In this document: positions 50,030 through 62,577 of the stretch, one piece after another | Layout: the number at the start of each line of letters is the position of its first letter | Numbering within the stretch: the stretch's first letter is position 1 | Source: Marsupella aquatica | Lineage: Eukaryota; Plantae; Marchantiophyta | Reading direction: 5' to 3' | Length of the DNA: 64,000 nt | Assembly (NCBI GenBank): GCA_973895155.1 | Contig: OZ316897.1 | Location: 5,903,327-5,967,326 of the forward strand | Translations under genes and position numbers: made by a program | Notes under the pieces: generated by a model | Database searches by the model: none | What the model was told of the DNA's origin: nothing | Seen by the model: the letters and a program-made list of their open reading frames with translations, nothing else

Positions 50030-52273
50030 AGGAAGTGTTCTCTCGCCTTCATAAGGCTTGTCTCTTTGCTAAACCTAGCAAGTGCAAGTTTGCGATGAAT
50101 GAGATTCAGTTCCTCGGCCATACCGTAACCCAAAGGGGATTACGCCTAGTCAAGACAAGCTTAAAGGAGATCAAACAATGGGAGCGCTTGTCCAACGTAA
50201 GGCAAGTCAAAGCCTTCTTAGGATTTACGGGGTTCTATCAGAGATACATGAAAGACTATGCAAGGATTGCAAGGCCCCTAAACGCGCTAACGATGAAAAA
50301 CAAAGTGTTTGTGTGGACACAAGGATTGCGAGTTAGCATTCCTAGAACTCAAGCGGCTAATGATAATGCCGCCAGTTCTAAAGTTACCAGAGATGGGGAA
50401 GTCATTCAAGATTTGGACAGACGCAAGCAATTACGCCATTGGCGCCTGTTTTCACCAAGATGGGCGTCCGGTGGCCTTTGAGTCATGTAAGTTGGAAAAT
50501 TATTGGATCACACCGGAAAGGGAAATGTATGCAATGATCTACGCATTGAAGAAGTGGGAGATTTACCTTAAGAATGGTCCCAATGTGGTAATACACACAG
50601 ATAGCTCGCCGGCTGGGTACTTCAGTTCTAAGCCAAGGCTGAACCACAAGGAAATGCGCTGGCAGATGTTCTTGGCGGATTTTGATTTCGAAGTCCGTCA
50701 CATTTTGGGGAAGACAAACACGGCAGCTGACGCGTTATTGCGTAGGGACCATCATCTTGTCAATGGGATCACAATGCTTGAATCCAAGTGGCCAAAGGTT
50801 CTGGCCAAGGCGTATGGGGATGATAGGTTAGCCAAAGCAATGGGGGTAGCCAAGGCAAGATGAGGCACATTTCATTGGGGTTGGATACCGCGCATAATGT
50901 CCAATTATGGCGATACAAGCAAAGGCGTGTGTACATCCCAAAGTCTCTAAGATTAGAGGTTCTACAAAAGTACCATGACTCGCCCTGGTGAGGGCATGGC
51001 AGACAAGGTGCTACGTATCACAACATGTCGCGAGATGTGTATTGGTCGGACATGAAGCAATTCGTTCTTCACCACATGCAAAGTTGTTACTTGTGCCAAA
51101 AGAACCAAACGGTCTATAGGGCAAAAGAAGGACTTATGCTACCCTTACCAATAGCTATGGCTCCATGGGATTCCATCTCCATGGACTTCATTGTTGGGTT
51201 ACCTAAGTCCCACGGCAATAACTCCATCTTAACAATCGTGGATCATTTTCCAAGATGGCGTATTTCTTGCCAACTACGAAAATGGTTTCGGCCCGAGAGG
51301 TTGCCGGTCTAGTTTTTGAGAATGTCTTCCGACAATGGGGATTGTCGTTGCATATCCTATCCAACCGCGATACCAAGTTCACGGGCCATTTCTGGAAGGC
51401 GTTGTTCCGGTTATCCGAAATAGACCTTACTAGGGGATCAATGTATCATCATGAGACGGACGGCCAAACGGAACAGGTGAATGGTATTATGGAAGACTAC
51501 TTGCATCACTTTGTGATGGCCAATCAAAAGGATTGGGCAAAACACTTAACAATGGCCGAGTTTAGGTATAACTCAACCAAGCATTTGGCGACGGGGTTTG
51601 CACCGTATGTGTTGGCCACAAGGAGGACGCCAAGGGCGCCCTCTTGGTTCATAAATCCGGAAGCTTGGCGGATGGAAAGCAAGGTTCCTTTTGCGGACAA
51701 TTTTATTTGAGAGCGGCGCCTAGTTGTGGAAGCAACCACCAAGGGTATGACCCTTGCTCAAAGTTGATACAAGGAGCAAGGGGATATAAACCTCGACGCC
51801 AGGTAAGCTTTGAAATTGGGGAGAGCATCTGGTTGCAGTTGAGACCTGAACAATACCATGGGAATATAAGTAGGAAGCTGGCTCCCAAATATGCGGGGCC
51901 CTATCACATCATACAATGGGCCCACAAGGATAATCTGGTTTTGGTGGTGTTGGAGACACCCAAGGAAATGGGCGTAGGCAAAAATTTTGGTGGTGTTAGC
52001 CGGCTCAAGAAATTTGTCAAAGACAATGATCCCAACTAGGATCAAGTCTTGAGTCCAGACGCCATGCTTGTGGAGGATGCTGAGGAGTTTGAGGTGGAGG
52101 CAATTCTGGACCACCATTACAAACGCTAGTTGGGAAGGCAAATCTTAGAGTATTTGGTGAAGTGGGCTGGCTATGATCAGGCCGTGAGTACTTGGAAACC
52201 AGAAGAAAATTTGGGTAATTCCCCAGAGATCCTTGGAAGCTATTGTAAGCGAAGCGGCCTACCGCTGTTGTGA
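50030..52273 (+). mobile_element. Decayed chromovirus-type Gypsy pol (RT end, RNaseH, INT, GPY/F, chromodomain), 5'-truncated
   Basis: KPSKCKF..IQFLGH, FLGFTGFYQRY, WTDASNYAIGA..PVAFES, PWDSISMDFIVGLP, HHETDGQTE, LAPKYAGPY; chromodomain EEFEVEAILDH..EYLVKWAGY...TWKPEENL (~52082-52255). Confidence 0.92.
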
Positions 52274-52683
52274 ACTGGTACAGGCAAATGTAACTACCTT
52301 TGTGAGTTGTATCCTAGTTTCATTCCTCCTGGCCTCTTGAGGATAAAGTTGGATTGCATGGACGCTAGAGGTTGTTGGGCAGCCAATTTGCTTTTTGCAA
52401 GTGGAAGTTGATGGTGCCCGCCTCACATCTGTGGGCGGGCTGGTTCGAACCAAAGGGGAGAACAATGGGTCCAACAAGTTCGGAGTTAGCTTACCTGCTT
52501 GGACTGGCATCCTACTTGGATAAGTGGGATAGGTTGGAATTTCCTAAGTTTGGAATGCGCATACCAACTTGGTTTGCATCAGCCTTATGGGCAAACCATT
52601 TGCTACCTCATAATATTTTTAAGACCCAAGTGGTCTAGGCGTGCTGGAATGTTTACTTAGGTCACGCGGATGTGACCATTTTT

Positions 52684-53359
52684 AAGCGGGGGTGCAAGTT
52701 GCGGAACTTGACTACCTTAACACTTAGCTCTAGCGTCGCTGACTCCGACACTGAGTTCCTTTATGGTCCAGGCCTAGATAGGCCATCTGGGGAGGACTTA
52801 GCATGGGGGGACTTATGGGCAATGAGACGTGGCACTGGCAAAGGCAAGGCGCCAAGCTGGTGACACACACTAAGGACTTAGACTAGTTGAGAGCTGGTCG
52901 GGTCAAGGGGCAAAAGGGCCGGGCCTAAGGTTGACTGTCTGGACCCCCAGACGGACTTTGAGTTCTGAGGGCTTGAGTGAGAGCTACTCTTGGACCCAAG
53001 GCCAATGGAGTTGATGCCATGGGCAACGGACGCTTGGGGCGCGAGTTATGGCCCGATCCGGGTTTGGCCAATCGGGGGCCTCGAGCAACAATGAGATCTA
53101 AGGGCCTGGGCATGAGCATTGGATCGGCCTGATCACAAAGGGCTAAGGCACTCTACTTGCGGACGCTAACAAGGAAGTTATGGGCGTTGCCAGTTGGTGG
53201 CGCGCCCAGACATGCGAGATAGGGTCCAGGTTGGGGACCAAAAGTTTGAGGACCAAAGGTGGTCCGGGGGTGGCAGGTCTCTAGAAGCATATATGAGGGG
53301 AGTGGCGTCTCCCTGGGGCTAAGGGCGAGCCAAAGTCGTGAGCCGCGACGGTCGCGACA
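52684..53359 (+). repeat. Probable PPT and 3' LTR of the chromovirus
   Basis: AAGCGGGGG purine tract, then GTTGCG (52698) to CGCGACA (53359) as imperfect inverted termini. No second LTR is present to confirm it. Confidence 0.4.
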
Positions 53360-54179
53360 CTAAGGAAAAATGCCAAACGGAAATGGCAATAACTTCCCAA
53401 CGGGAAGTCCATTGGACGACTTCTTGAGTGCGTTGGAAATATCTCAAGGAGGGCTACATCCTCTTGAGCTCAGATGGTTTGGGGGTGATGTAGGTTCTTG
53501 AGGTTTGCGGGTGTTATCTCGCCCGCTTGCCAAATCCTGTCGAAACAATAGCCAAACCGCGTTCAGTCTCTCAAGGGAGCTTGCGTTGGGAGGCAAGGCC
53601 AAGTAGGCGTGGAGGTTGAGTTCCAAGGGCACTTGGCCCCTAGACCATCAGTGGGGCAAGAACCAGGAGTTGGTTGCTAAAGTCAGGGCCATTCTGGTCC
53701 CGGCGTGTAGGGACAAGCTTTGGGACAAACCATGCTACTTGGGCCATGAGCATGTCTTGAGGGCAAGGCGGTCAGTTGGTGATGGATAGGTACAAGGGGG
53801 AACCCGGGCTGCATCCAAGGAAGAAGTTGTTCTGGACAAACAATGGGCATCGGTTCTGGTTCCGACTTATAGCATCAGGAGGACCTATCGCTGACCTACT
53901 TACCAGTGTCTGTTGAGCTTGAGTTATGATGCTAGACTTGGGGGATCTAGATCCTGAAGGGTTACTTACTAAGACACTTGGTTGTTTGTGTAGACAATGA
54001 GGACCATTGAGTAGCGGTTGTGTTTTGGAGCAAGTGCGGCTTCGTATGGTAGGGGCTGCTGGTGGTGCAAGGGGCACTAAGTTTCTTGCTTGAGGTATTC
54101 CGTGGAGGCATTTGGGCACTAGGGGCACTTAGGCGTGGGTGTTGGGATTGGTGAGGGCGTTGGGGGGCAAGGTCCACCA

Positions 54180-54950
54180 CTTTGAGCTCCTCCTTCCACT
54201 TCTCCTTGTCCCTCAGTGCTTACTGCCCTTGGGTCTGGGCAAGTCTACTCTCCACTAATTGGCTATCAGCCTTGGCTGTATCCAATTGCCCTTGCATGAT
54301 GCTTAGCTCATGCCGCCTAACCCGCAACTCATCTTGAGCCTACTTGGTTGCCTGAAGGTCCTTTGCCTCAGCTTCTTTCTCTCTAAGCCGCCAAATGACC
54401 TCTTCCTTCTTCATCGTCTCCAAGGACACTGCCTCTTCCAAACGGCTTTTATCCAACACCTCCTTTTGGGTAAACAGCCCCATCTCCAACACTTCCCCAA
54501 GGATGCTAAGGGCAAGCAATGCACACATTTTCCCGTACTCCTTGGCTCTGCAATGCGCATATTCCATCGTGGCCTTTGTTCCCATGCCTCCTTCCTAACC
54601 TCATCAAACGTAGGCCCTACTTGTTCTTCTACAAGCCGCCAAATGTTGTCTGGCCATCCTCCTCCTGGTAAATCCGTCTCCTTGGCCAAGGTCTCTTCAG
54701 CCACGTCTCTGAGTTGCTCATGCAATTCATGCGTGGCCTACTTCATCCCATCATAATTTGGAGGAGGAATATCTGGTGGGGGAGACTCTGGGATCCTCTG
54801 CTATTTTGGGTCCCCATGCACCACTCCCGATAGTGTGGGGATGAAACGGCCACAGGTCCTGACCCCTGGTACACACCAATCCCCCCGTAGCCAAAGTCCA
54901 CATCAATGTAGTCCTCCATGCCCTCCCTCCCGGCCTGGAGTATTGGTTTC
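54180..54950 (-). pseudogene. Fragment of the accessory coiled-coil ORF, copy D (close homolog of copy B)
   Basis: DLPGGGWPDNIWRL..EAWEQRPRW and EYGKMCALLALSILGEVLEMGLFTQKEVLDKSRLEEAVSLE match PGGDWPEDIKRL..TAWEQRPRW and EYGEMYGELALSIFGEELKQGPFFQREMLEKRQLEEAVALE of 41555-42937. Confidence 0.8.
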
Positions 54951-56042
54951 TCCCACTCTTCTTCAGTTCTGGCCGTAAACGCGTGTGGAATGGCAAAAAG
55001 AAGCATTGGAGTGGAAATGACAGATTTTCAAACATTTTAACCTTACTTGAAGCTTCTTCTGGTCTATTGGTCACCCCTTAATTCATTTTAAGCCCTTAAA
55101 GGAAGTTTTGGAGGAAAGTGGAGAAGTTGAAGTTTCTGACAGAAGAATCGCCTTGGGAAACATACGAAGAAAATTGTTTTGGCAGAAGAATCGGTTTAGA
55201 CTTTCGGCAACAACTTTGACGGAACAAAGACTACATAGTTTTGGCCCTTGACTCACAAATCATTTTACCTCTTACTTGAGCTTTATTTTAGTTAATTAGG
55301 ATCAGATTTAGAATGACATCACTTGTCACTTATGGAGTCTCAAATTTAGATTTGTAAGGGTCTTACCTTTTACCTTGTCTTTTAGAGTCTAGAATTCCTT
55401 TTAGATAGGAATAGATTTCTCAACTTAGGAGAAAACCCTTTGGTTTCTCTCATGTTATGAGGGAGCCCCCTACATTTGGACTCCCAAGCAAATGCTTATG
55501 TCTTTTCCTTGAAAACTTAATCTTTGATCATTTTGGGTCTTTCTCTCATGCCACTCTTGGGCTTAGGAGGGAAGATTAAATCAAAAGGAAATGTACCACA
55601 TTGTGCATTGAAAACATCAAACTTATCTCAAACTCATGGATTTGTAAGAGTGAAACTTTGATACCCAGGAAAAAGAGAATTGTAGTGAGTCATTGGATGT
55701 AAAGCCGATCTCTTTTGAGTATATGGAAGTCCAGGATGCATGAAAATCTGATTACCTATTGATAAAAAGTAATACCTTATGAATTTGTTGATTAAGGAGT
55801 TTACGGAAGAATCATTTTAGGATTCTGAGAGAAGAACCAGTAAAGAAATCACTTTTAGATTTCAAATACCATAAAACCAGAGTAAAACGCTTTCCTTATT
55901 CCTTACGGGACCGAATCCTGGTTGATTTGAGCAATATCACACACAGTTGGTGTTGTTCTACTTACCACAACGCGACTTCCTGCTGGCTGAGATCGGGAAG
56001 AGGATGCAGACTTGCTGAACCATCAGAGTCAATGTTAGATGT

Positions 56043-56427
56043 TGTTGAGCATAGACAACGATTGCAACGGCAAGCCCATGAACCATCCAACGCACAATAG
56101 TTGACACAAGAGATACGTGGTTCACCTCCTTGAGACTATGTCCATGGGAACACACAAGAGAGCTTTACTGAACTCTAAGCCCGTTGGCTATACCGAGTCT
56201 CCACTGTGTAAGCTCTCCCTATCTCTCAAGTGGCTCCATAACAATGAGCCTTGGTTCTACCTCTCCAAGCACACATGCCTCTTATGATATAGTGTGCAAC
56301 TTAGTTGTACCTAACCACATAGTTGTACCTAATCACGTAGTTGTACCTAACCACGTAATTGTACCAACCCACGTTGTTGTACCAACCACGTCATACCTAA
56401 CCTAGACGTAAGAGTAAATACCCAACA
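56043..56427 (-). repeat. 3' LTR of Copia-3 (385 bp; 5 units of the 18-bp array at 56303-56391)
   Basis: Direct alignment to the 5' LTR; adjacent PPT. Confidence 0.97.
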
Positions 56428-56618
56428 ATCTTCCCCTTGACTCTGGTCTAGGGGAGAGTAATACTGCCAATGTATATGATCCCTCAGCGGGAAGTTCTGG
56501 ACAGAAACCAAACCGGTTTCCCTCTCTAACTAGAGCAAACCAGAACTAAGCCGTAGCCTAATACATAGGAATGAGGAAGAGCATATATCAGTAATTACAA
56601 TGAATGTTTAAGAAAACT

Positions 56619-59600
56619 CTACTTGTGATGCAATTGCAAAACCTGCAATACGTCACGGTGTCTAGAGAAACTCTCCAAAGGAATCACTTTGGTAAATGCG
56701 TCAGCCGGGTTGAGTTTACCATCAATCTTGACTAGCTCAAACAAATTATTAGACACAGTCTGCCTGATAAAATGGTACCTGACGTCAATGTGCTTCACTC
56801 TGCTGTCCATCACCTGGTTCACAGCAAGGTGGAGCGCACTTTGACTATCACAATGGAGCTTCACATTCCCATGTGGCAATCCCATTTCAGTGATAAGTCT
56901 ATCCAACCAAATCGCTTCCTTTGCTGCTTCCGCAGTTGCAACATACTCCGCTTCTGTAGTAGACTGAGCAATACACTTCTGCAAAGTAGACCTCCAACTT
57001 ATGCATCCACTGCCAAGTGTGAACACGTATCCTGTTGTTGATCTCCTTCGGTCCAAATCTTGTCCATCGTCAGAATCTACATAGCCAATCAATGATCTAG
57101 CATTCTTTGCATTCGCATCAAATAAAAGACCATGATCCATGGTACCCTTCAAGTACCTGATTCCACTTCACTGCTTCCCAGTGTACCTTCCCTGGATTCG
57201 ACATGTACCTGCTCACCTTGCCCATAGCCATGGCAAGATCAGGTCTAGTGCAAGTCATCAAATACATGAGACTCCCCACTGCCTTGTCATACGGAACCTT
57301 TGACATCAACCCCTTCTCTGTGTCATCCGTAGGACAGAACGCTGATGATAACTTGAAGTGTGGAGCCAACGGGGTACTTACTGGCTTGCTATTCCCCATG
57401 TTGAACCTTGCAATTACCTTCCTCGCATAACTGCTATGCGTCAACCATAGCTTGCCAGCCTCCAAGTCCCTAGTGATCTCCATACCCAAAATCCTCTTAG
57501 CTGGCCCTAAGTCCTTCATCTTAAACTCTGCACTAAGCAGTGCCTTGAGCTTAACAATCTCAGACCTATCCTTGGCTGCAATTAGCATGTCATCCACATA
57601 AAGTACTAAAACAATGAACCCAAAGACAACATTCTTCACCGGTTTCAAATACACACAAGGGTCAAATACACTTATGTGAAAACCTTGTGACCGAATCCAA
57701 TCGTCAAACCGCTTGTTCCACTGTCTTGGTGACTGCTTCAACCCATACAAGGATTTCAGCAATCTACAAACCAATTCCTCCTGTCCTCTCTTCACAAAAT
57801 CTAGCGGTTGTCTCATGAAGATCACCTCTTCCAATGTGCCATAGAGGAAAGCTGTGACAACATCCATCTGATCTAGCAGCAGACTAAACATTACAACAAG
57901 TACACACAATAGTCGTATTGTAGAGTACTTAACAACTGGTGAGAAGACCTCATTGTAATCCACACCTTTCTCTTGTGTGAATCCCTTTGCTACCAATCTA
58001 GCCTTGTAGACCTTCGATCCACCTCCTATGGAATTATCCTTCAGCTTGTAAATCCACTTGCTGTCCACCACTTGCTGACCCTTAGGCAGCTTAACAAGCT
58101 TCCAAGTTTTGTTGTCCTTTAGTGACTGCATCTCCGTTTGCATTGCTGCAGTCCACTTCTGCTTCTCCTTTGAAGCACTTGCCTCATGAAATGAAGAAGG
58201 TTCCCCTTCTTCCAAAATTAACACATCACCCTCATCATCAGCTGTAAAATCATCCTCTTGCAGTTGAGATGAATCAACCCACTGTCCATACCTTGGTGGA
58301 GCGCGTATAGTGCGACCAGATGTTCTTCTAGCCGATGACTCCGATTGATCTGCGTGTGCTGGTACAATTTGAAGCTCAACAGCATCCACTTGCTGCTCAC
58401 CAGCATCAACAAACTCCTCTGGTTCCTCTGGCACAGGAACCAGCTCCATAATTGGAGCAACTCCTTCTCTCCGGTCATGCACCTCATAACCAATCTCCCC
58501 CTCAACGAGATCCGGGATAGGAGATTTTCCTTTGTCAGTACGGGAGACCTGAGTATTCTCCCCCTCCTTCAATAATCTGGATTCATTGAAGGAAACATCC
58601 CTACTGACAACGAGCTTACAGACAATAGGATCCCATAGCCTATAGGCTTTCACACCACTCTGGTACCCAAGAAAAATACATTTCCTGGAGGTAGGATCCA
58701 ACTTGGTCCTATTCTGCTTCGGTGTGAGAGCATATGCATCACTTCCAAAAACTATCAAGCCATGATAGTCTGCTTACCGCTTATAGCGCATCTCAAACGG
58801 CGTTTTGAAATTGATAGCACTAGAAGGAGAAAAATTTACAAAATAAGTTGCGGTATTGACAACTTCTGCCCAAAATTCTTGTGGTAAACCTGATTGGCTC
58901 AACATACTCCGTGACCGCTCCAATAGTGTCCGATTGAGCCTCTCAGCGACACCATTCTGCTGCGAAGTATAAACTGTGGTGAGATGGCGAGTTATCCCCT
59001 GTTCTGAACAGTACTCTTCAAATTCCATTGAAGTGTACTCCCCGCCGTTGTCTGACCTCAGACTCTTCACCCTTGTATCCAAACACTTGATCGTGTTTTC
59101 AGTCTGATTCTCCACCTGGGCCTTCCACTTCTTAAAAATGGACAAGACATCAGACTTATGCGTCATGAAATAAATCCACACAAATCTTGAGTAATCATCA
59201 ATAAATGATACATAGTACAACTTTCCAGAGTGTGAGGGAGTCGGGGATGGACCCCACACGTCACTATGTATGTACTCAAGAACCGCTTTGGAACGATGAG
59301 TTCCAACACCAAAAGCACGACGATGCTGCTTTCCAAGAATGCAATGCTCACAAAACTCTAATTTACAAGATTGCAAATCAGAAATAAGTCCATTCTTCCG
59401 TAAGATAGCCAAACCCTTCTCACTCATGTGGCCTAGCCGTGAATGCCACAGTTGAGTCATCTCCTCGTGAGACTTGGTTACATTGGCCTCTCCACATACA
59501 GTATTGCCCTATAACACATACAAATTCTTTTGTCTACTCCCCTTCAAAATCATTGTCTCTCCCGATCTAACTTGAAGTTCACCATCAATAACGCTCCATT

Positions 59601-59889
59601 GATGACCATTTGAATCCAACACACCGAGTGAAATCAGATTCTTACGCATGCCAGGTACATACCTGACTCCGGACACTGTGCGCACAGCGCCATCAAACAT
59701 TTGAATCTTCACAGACCCAATTCCCTCAATTTGACAGGAGTGATCATTTCCCATCAGAACTGAACCGTTTGAAACACAGTAAGAACTGAAAAACTCACGA
59801 ATGTAACAAATATGAAAAGAGCAAGCACAATTAAGAATCCACACATCATCTGCTCTCCTAGATGACGTGCACAGGGCATACCCCCGGCT
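56619..59889 (-). pseudogene. Copia-3 pol (PR-INT-RT-RNaseH), lightly disrupted
   Basis: Same frame as gag; stops TAG 59509-59511 and TAA 58774-58776, frameshift near 57160. Motifs YIHSDVWG, LRSDNGGEY, QQNGVAER, YKARLVAKG, LYVDDML, STTEAEY, KHIDVRYH. Confidence 0.93.
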
Positions 59890-60930
59890 TCATAAAACAT
59901 ACTCATCATTGAGTAAATCAGCTTCTCCATCAACCCTAGCCACATTTGCCGATGAAGTTTCCGCTGCCTTTCCCTTACAGTCTCGCTTGAAGTGTCCAAC
60001 TTGGTTGCACTTCCAACATGTCACCTGCCTCCTCTGAGGGGATTTACTCTTGGACTTAGATCTGGATTTAGATCTAAACTGGGTTCTACGGTCCCCAGTT
60101 GGTCGCTGCATACTCCTCCCACGGTTAATATTGAGGGCAACACCAGATGATGAAGGCTGTGACGTGATGTGCATCTTCTGCTGAAGATCATCACTAAGCA
60201 GAGAACTTACCACGTCATTGTATGAAATGGTATCCCTATCACGATGCAACAACACTCGTGATAGGGACTGGTAAGATGGAGGCAATGAACTAAGAAGCTG
60301 CAGAGCCTTCGTCTCATCATTCAAAGTCTCCCCAAGGTTTTCCAAGTCAACGACCATGTCGTTGAAAGCATCCATATGGTCTTGCAACTTCGTACCAGAT
60401 TCCTTCATCCTGAAACTCATCAGTTTGTAGGAAGTGTAGAGCCGGTTCGACAACTCCTTGCGGTGATACTTGCTCTGCAATTCCGCAAACAAGGACATGC
60501 AATCCTTATGTGCATCCAACTGCTTGATGATGGGAGGCATGAGATAGAGTGTAACACACCACACTCCCTGCTCCTGCATGCGGTCCCATTGTTTCTCATC
60601 AACATCGTCTTCACGAGGGCTCAGCAGTTGGCCCATCCCTGACGCATAAAGCACTCCCTTCACCTGCTTCTCCCATAGCAAGTAGTCAGAGCGCCCATCA
60701 TACTTTGTCACTTCATACTTGGGTCCCCCAAGCTCGAAAGTCCCCATCTTCTTCTTTGGCACTACCGTGAGCTCCGGTAGTAGTACTGCTTCCTCCACCA
60801 CACGCCGCACCGGTGATGGTATCGGTATCACGTGCTCTTCCTCCTGCTCCTCTCTCTGCCCCTGAAACCTCCGCGGTGATCCTCGTGCTTCAAGTTCCAC
60901 GTCTTCGAAAAACTCCTCCGAATCACTCAT
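59890..60930 (-). CDS. gag: Copia-3 Gag (346 aa, intact)
   Basis: Open ORF with KYEVTKYDG, LLSSLPPSY and CWKCNQVGHFKRDC; ends at an in-frame TGA before the protease. Confidence 0.9.
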   Translation of the reverse strand: MSDSEEFFEDVELEARGSPRRFQGQREEQEEEHVIPIPSPVRRVVEEAVLLPELTVVPKKKMGTFELGGPKYEVTKYDGRSDYLLWEKQVKGVLYASGMGQLLSPREDDVDEKQWDRMQEQGVWCVTLYLMPPIIKQLDAHKDCMSLFAELQSKYHRKELSNRLYTSYKLMSFRMKESGTKLQDHMDAFNDMVVDLENLGETLNDETKALQLLSSLPPSYQSLSRVLLHRDRDTISYNDVVSSLLSDDLQQKMHITSQPSSSGVALNINRGRSMQRPTGDRRTQFRSKSRSKSKSKSPQRRQVTCWKCNQVGHFKRDCKGKAAETSSANVARVDGEADLLNDEYVL

Positions 60931-62084
60931 ATGAGAAAATCACAAAAAATGTTGTTTTTCACAACTTCTCAAAAAACTCAAAACTTAACACCGCCGCGTA
61001 GCCCACAAAGCTAGGAGTCCAATACTGAAAACCGAAATCAAAATCGAAATTTGACGGAAAAGTTATTCAAATTTCGGTCGAGGTGGGTAAAACCTTGGGA
61101 AACTCCCCCGTTTTGACCACCTCAGGGAATAACCGAAATACCAAGTACAACCCGTTGTCGGAATTACGATGTGATTGGTGCGCTGCGTTGCCAACTTCAA
61201 TGGCTACAACCTCGCCGAAAAATAACCAAAAAAGTTACCGTTCGGCGGATGAAATCTTTGTCGGACGGTCAAAAAATAGCTCTCTGGTTTTTTGGAATAT
61301 TCTATGACCCTTGTACAGGCCCTGTGGGAATTTTGGAAGAACAATCGAGGGGCTGACATGTGTCCTCGAACCCCCAAAACCCCCTACCACCCTTCGTCGT
61401 CGAAATCTGGTCGCGCGCGCAGAAAATACACAGGGCAGAATGTACCCCTCGACACCAAACGCAAGATATCTCACTCGAGTTTTGACGAAATCAAGATCCG
61501 ATTTCAGATTTGGAAACTAGACTTCGAGGCGATGAAGATCGATATAAGAAGCACCCAAAATGAGGAAAGAACGAGGGAGAAAAAAATTGGTAAAGATGAC
61601 AAATTTCTCTCAATTGCCATAGCCAATTTCGAATCAGTTTTTCAAAGAGAAAAAAATGGTACCTTGTCAACAACGAATGTTGATCAATTGCACTTGGTGT
61701 CGTCACCAAGTCCAACAAGGTAATTGATTTTGCTTAGCCTTCCTCTTTGCATCAAAGAGCCAATCCCGGACTCAAAAACAATCGTCTTGCCTCAATCTCT
61801 CCGTTGAGTCAAAACACTTGACGCTTCTCCCTCCGAGTCGATTGCCAACTTTCTTCACAAAATCCAGAACGACGAAAACTTAGATCTCTCTGCACCACGA
61901 GCTCCGTTCAACGATTTCTTCACACCGTTAGAAAGCTCTTGCCCTGATCTATCCGTTGAGCCCATAAACTCCAAGTTCCATGCGATGGAACTCTGGAAAA
62001 TCCACCAACACTCAACGCTGGAAAAACCGTCATGAAATCCCGTCACGAACACATGTCACCTCCCAAGCATGCTCTGATACCAAT

Positions 62085-62577
62085 TGTTGAGCATAGACGA
62101 CGATCGCAACGGCAAGCCCATGAACCATCCAACGCACAATAGTCGACACAAGAGATACGTGGTTCACCTCCTTGAGGCTACGTCCACGGGAACACACAAG
62201 AGAGCTTTACTGAACTCTAAGCCCGTCGGCTATACCGAGTCTCCACAGTGTAAGCTCTCCCTATCTCTCAAGTGGCTCCATAACAATGAGCCTTGGTTCT
62301 ACCTCTCCAAGCACACATGCCTCTTATGATATAGTGTGCAACTTAGTTGTACCTAACCACATAGTTGTACCTAATCACGTAGTTGTACCTAACCACATAG
62401 TTGTACATAATCACGTAGTTGTACCTAACCACATAGTTGTACCTAATCACGTAGTTGTACCTAACCACATAGTTGTACCTAATCACGTAGTTGTACCTAA
62501 CCATGTAGTTGTACCAACCCATGTTGTTGTACCAACCACGTCATACCTAACCTAGACGTAAGAGTAAATACCCAACA
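62085..62577 (-). repeat. 5' LTR of Copia-3 (493 bp)
   Basis: Adjacent PBS; 108 bp longer than the 3' LTR. Confidence 0.97.
62345..62541. repeat. 18-bp tandem array (11 units) with an alternating A/B 36-bp higher-order period
   Basis: AGTTGTACCTAACCACAT alternates with AGTTGTACCTAATCACGT for 8 units (one point variant), then 3 variant units. Confidence 0.97.

Larger units (their letters stand above)
56043..62577 (-). mobile_element. Copia-3: full-length Tnt1/Tork-like Ty1/Copia element with TSD GATGT
   Basis: LTRs 56043-56427 and 62085-62577 (TG..CA); TSD GATGT at 56038-56042 and 62578-62582; PBS TGGTATCAGAGC at 62071-62082; PPT TCAAGGGGAAGAT at 56428-56440; domain order gag-PR-INT-RT-RH. 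Confidence 0.98.

Noticed and set aside
52273-54950. Copy D as an antisense 3' ORF of the chromovirus
   Set aside because: A probable PPT and 3' LTR (52684-53359) close the chromovirus before D, so D more likely belongs to a separate element.
58774-59511. Further readthrough sites in Copia-3 pol (TAG 59509-59511, TAA 58774-58776)
   Set aside because: Copia-1 has sense codons at the equivalent positions, so these are ordinary decay.
62345-62541. CRISPR-like array or repeat protein (VVPNH)n
   Set aside because: Units are contiguous with no unique spacers, lie inside a Copia LTR, and the ORF is a by-product of an 18-bp period.
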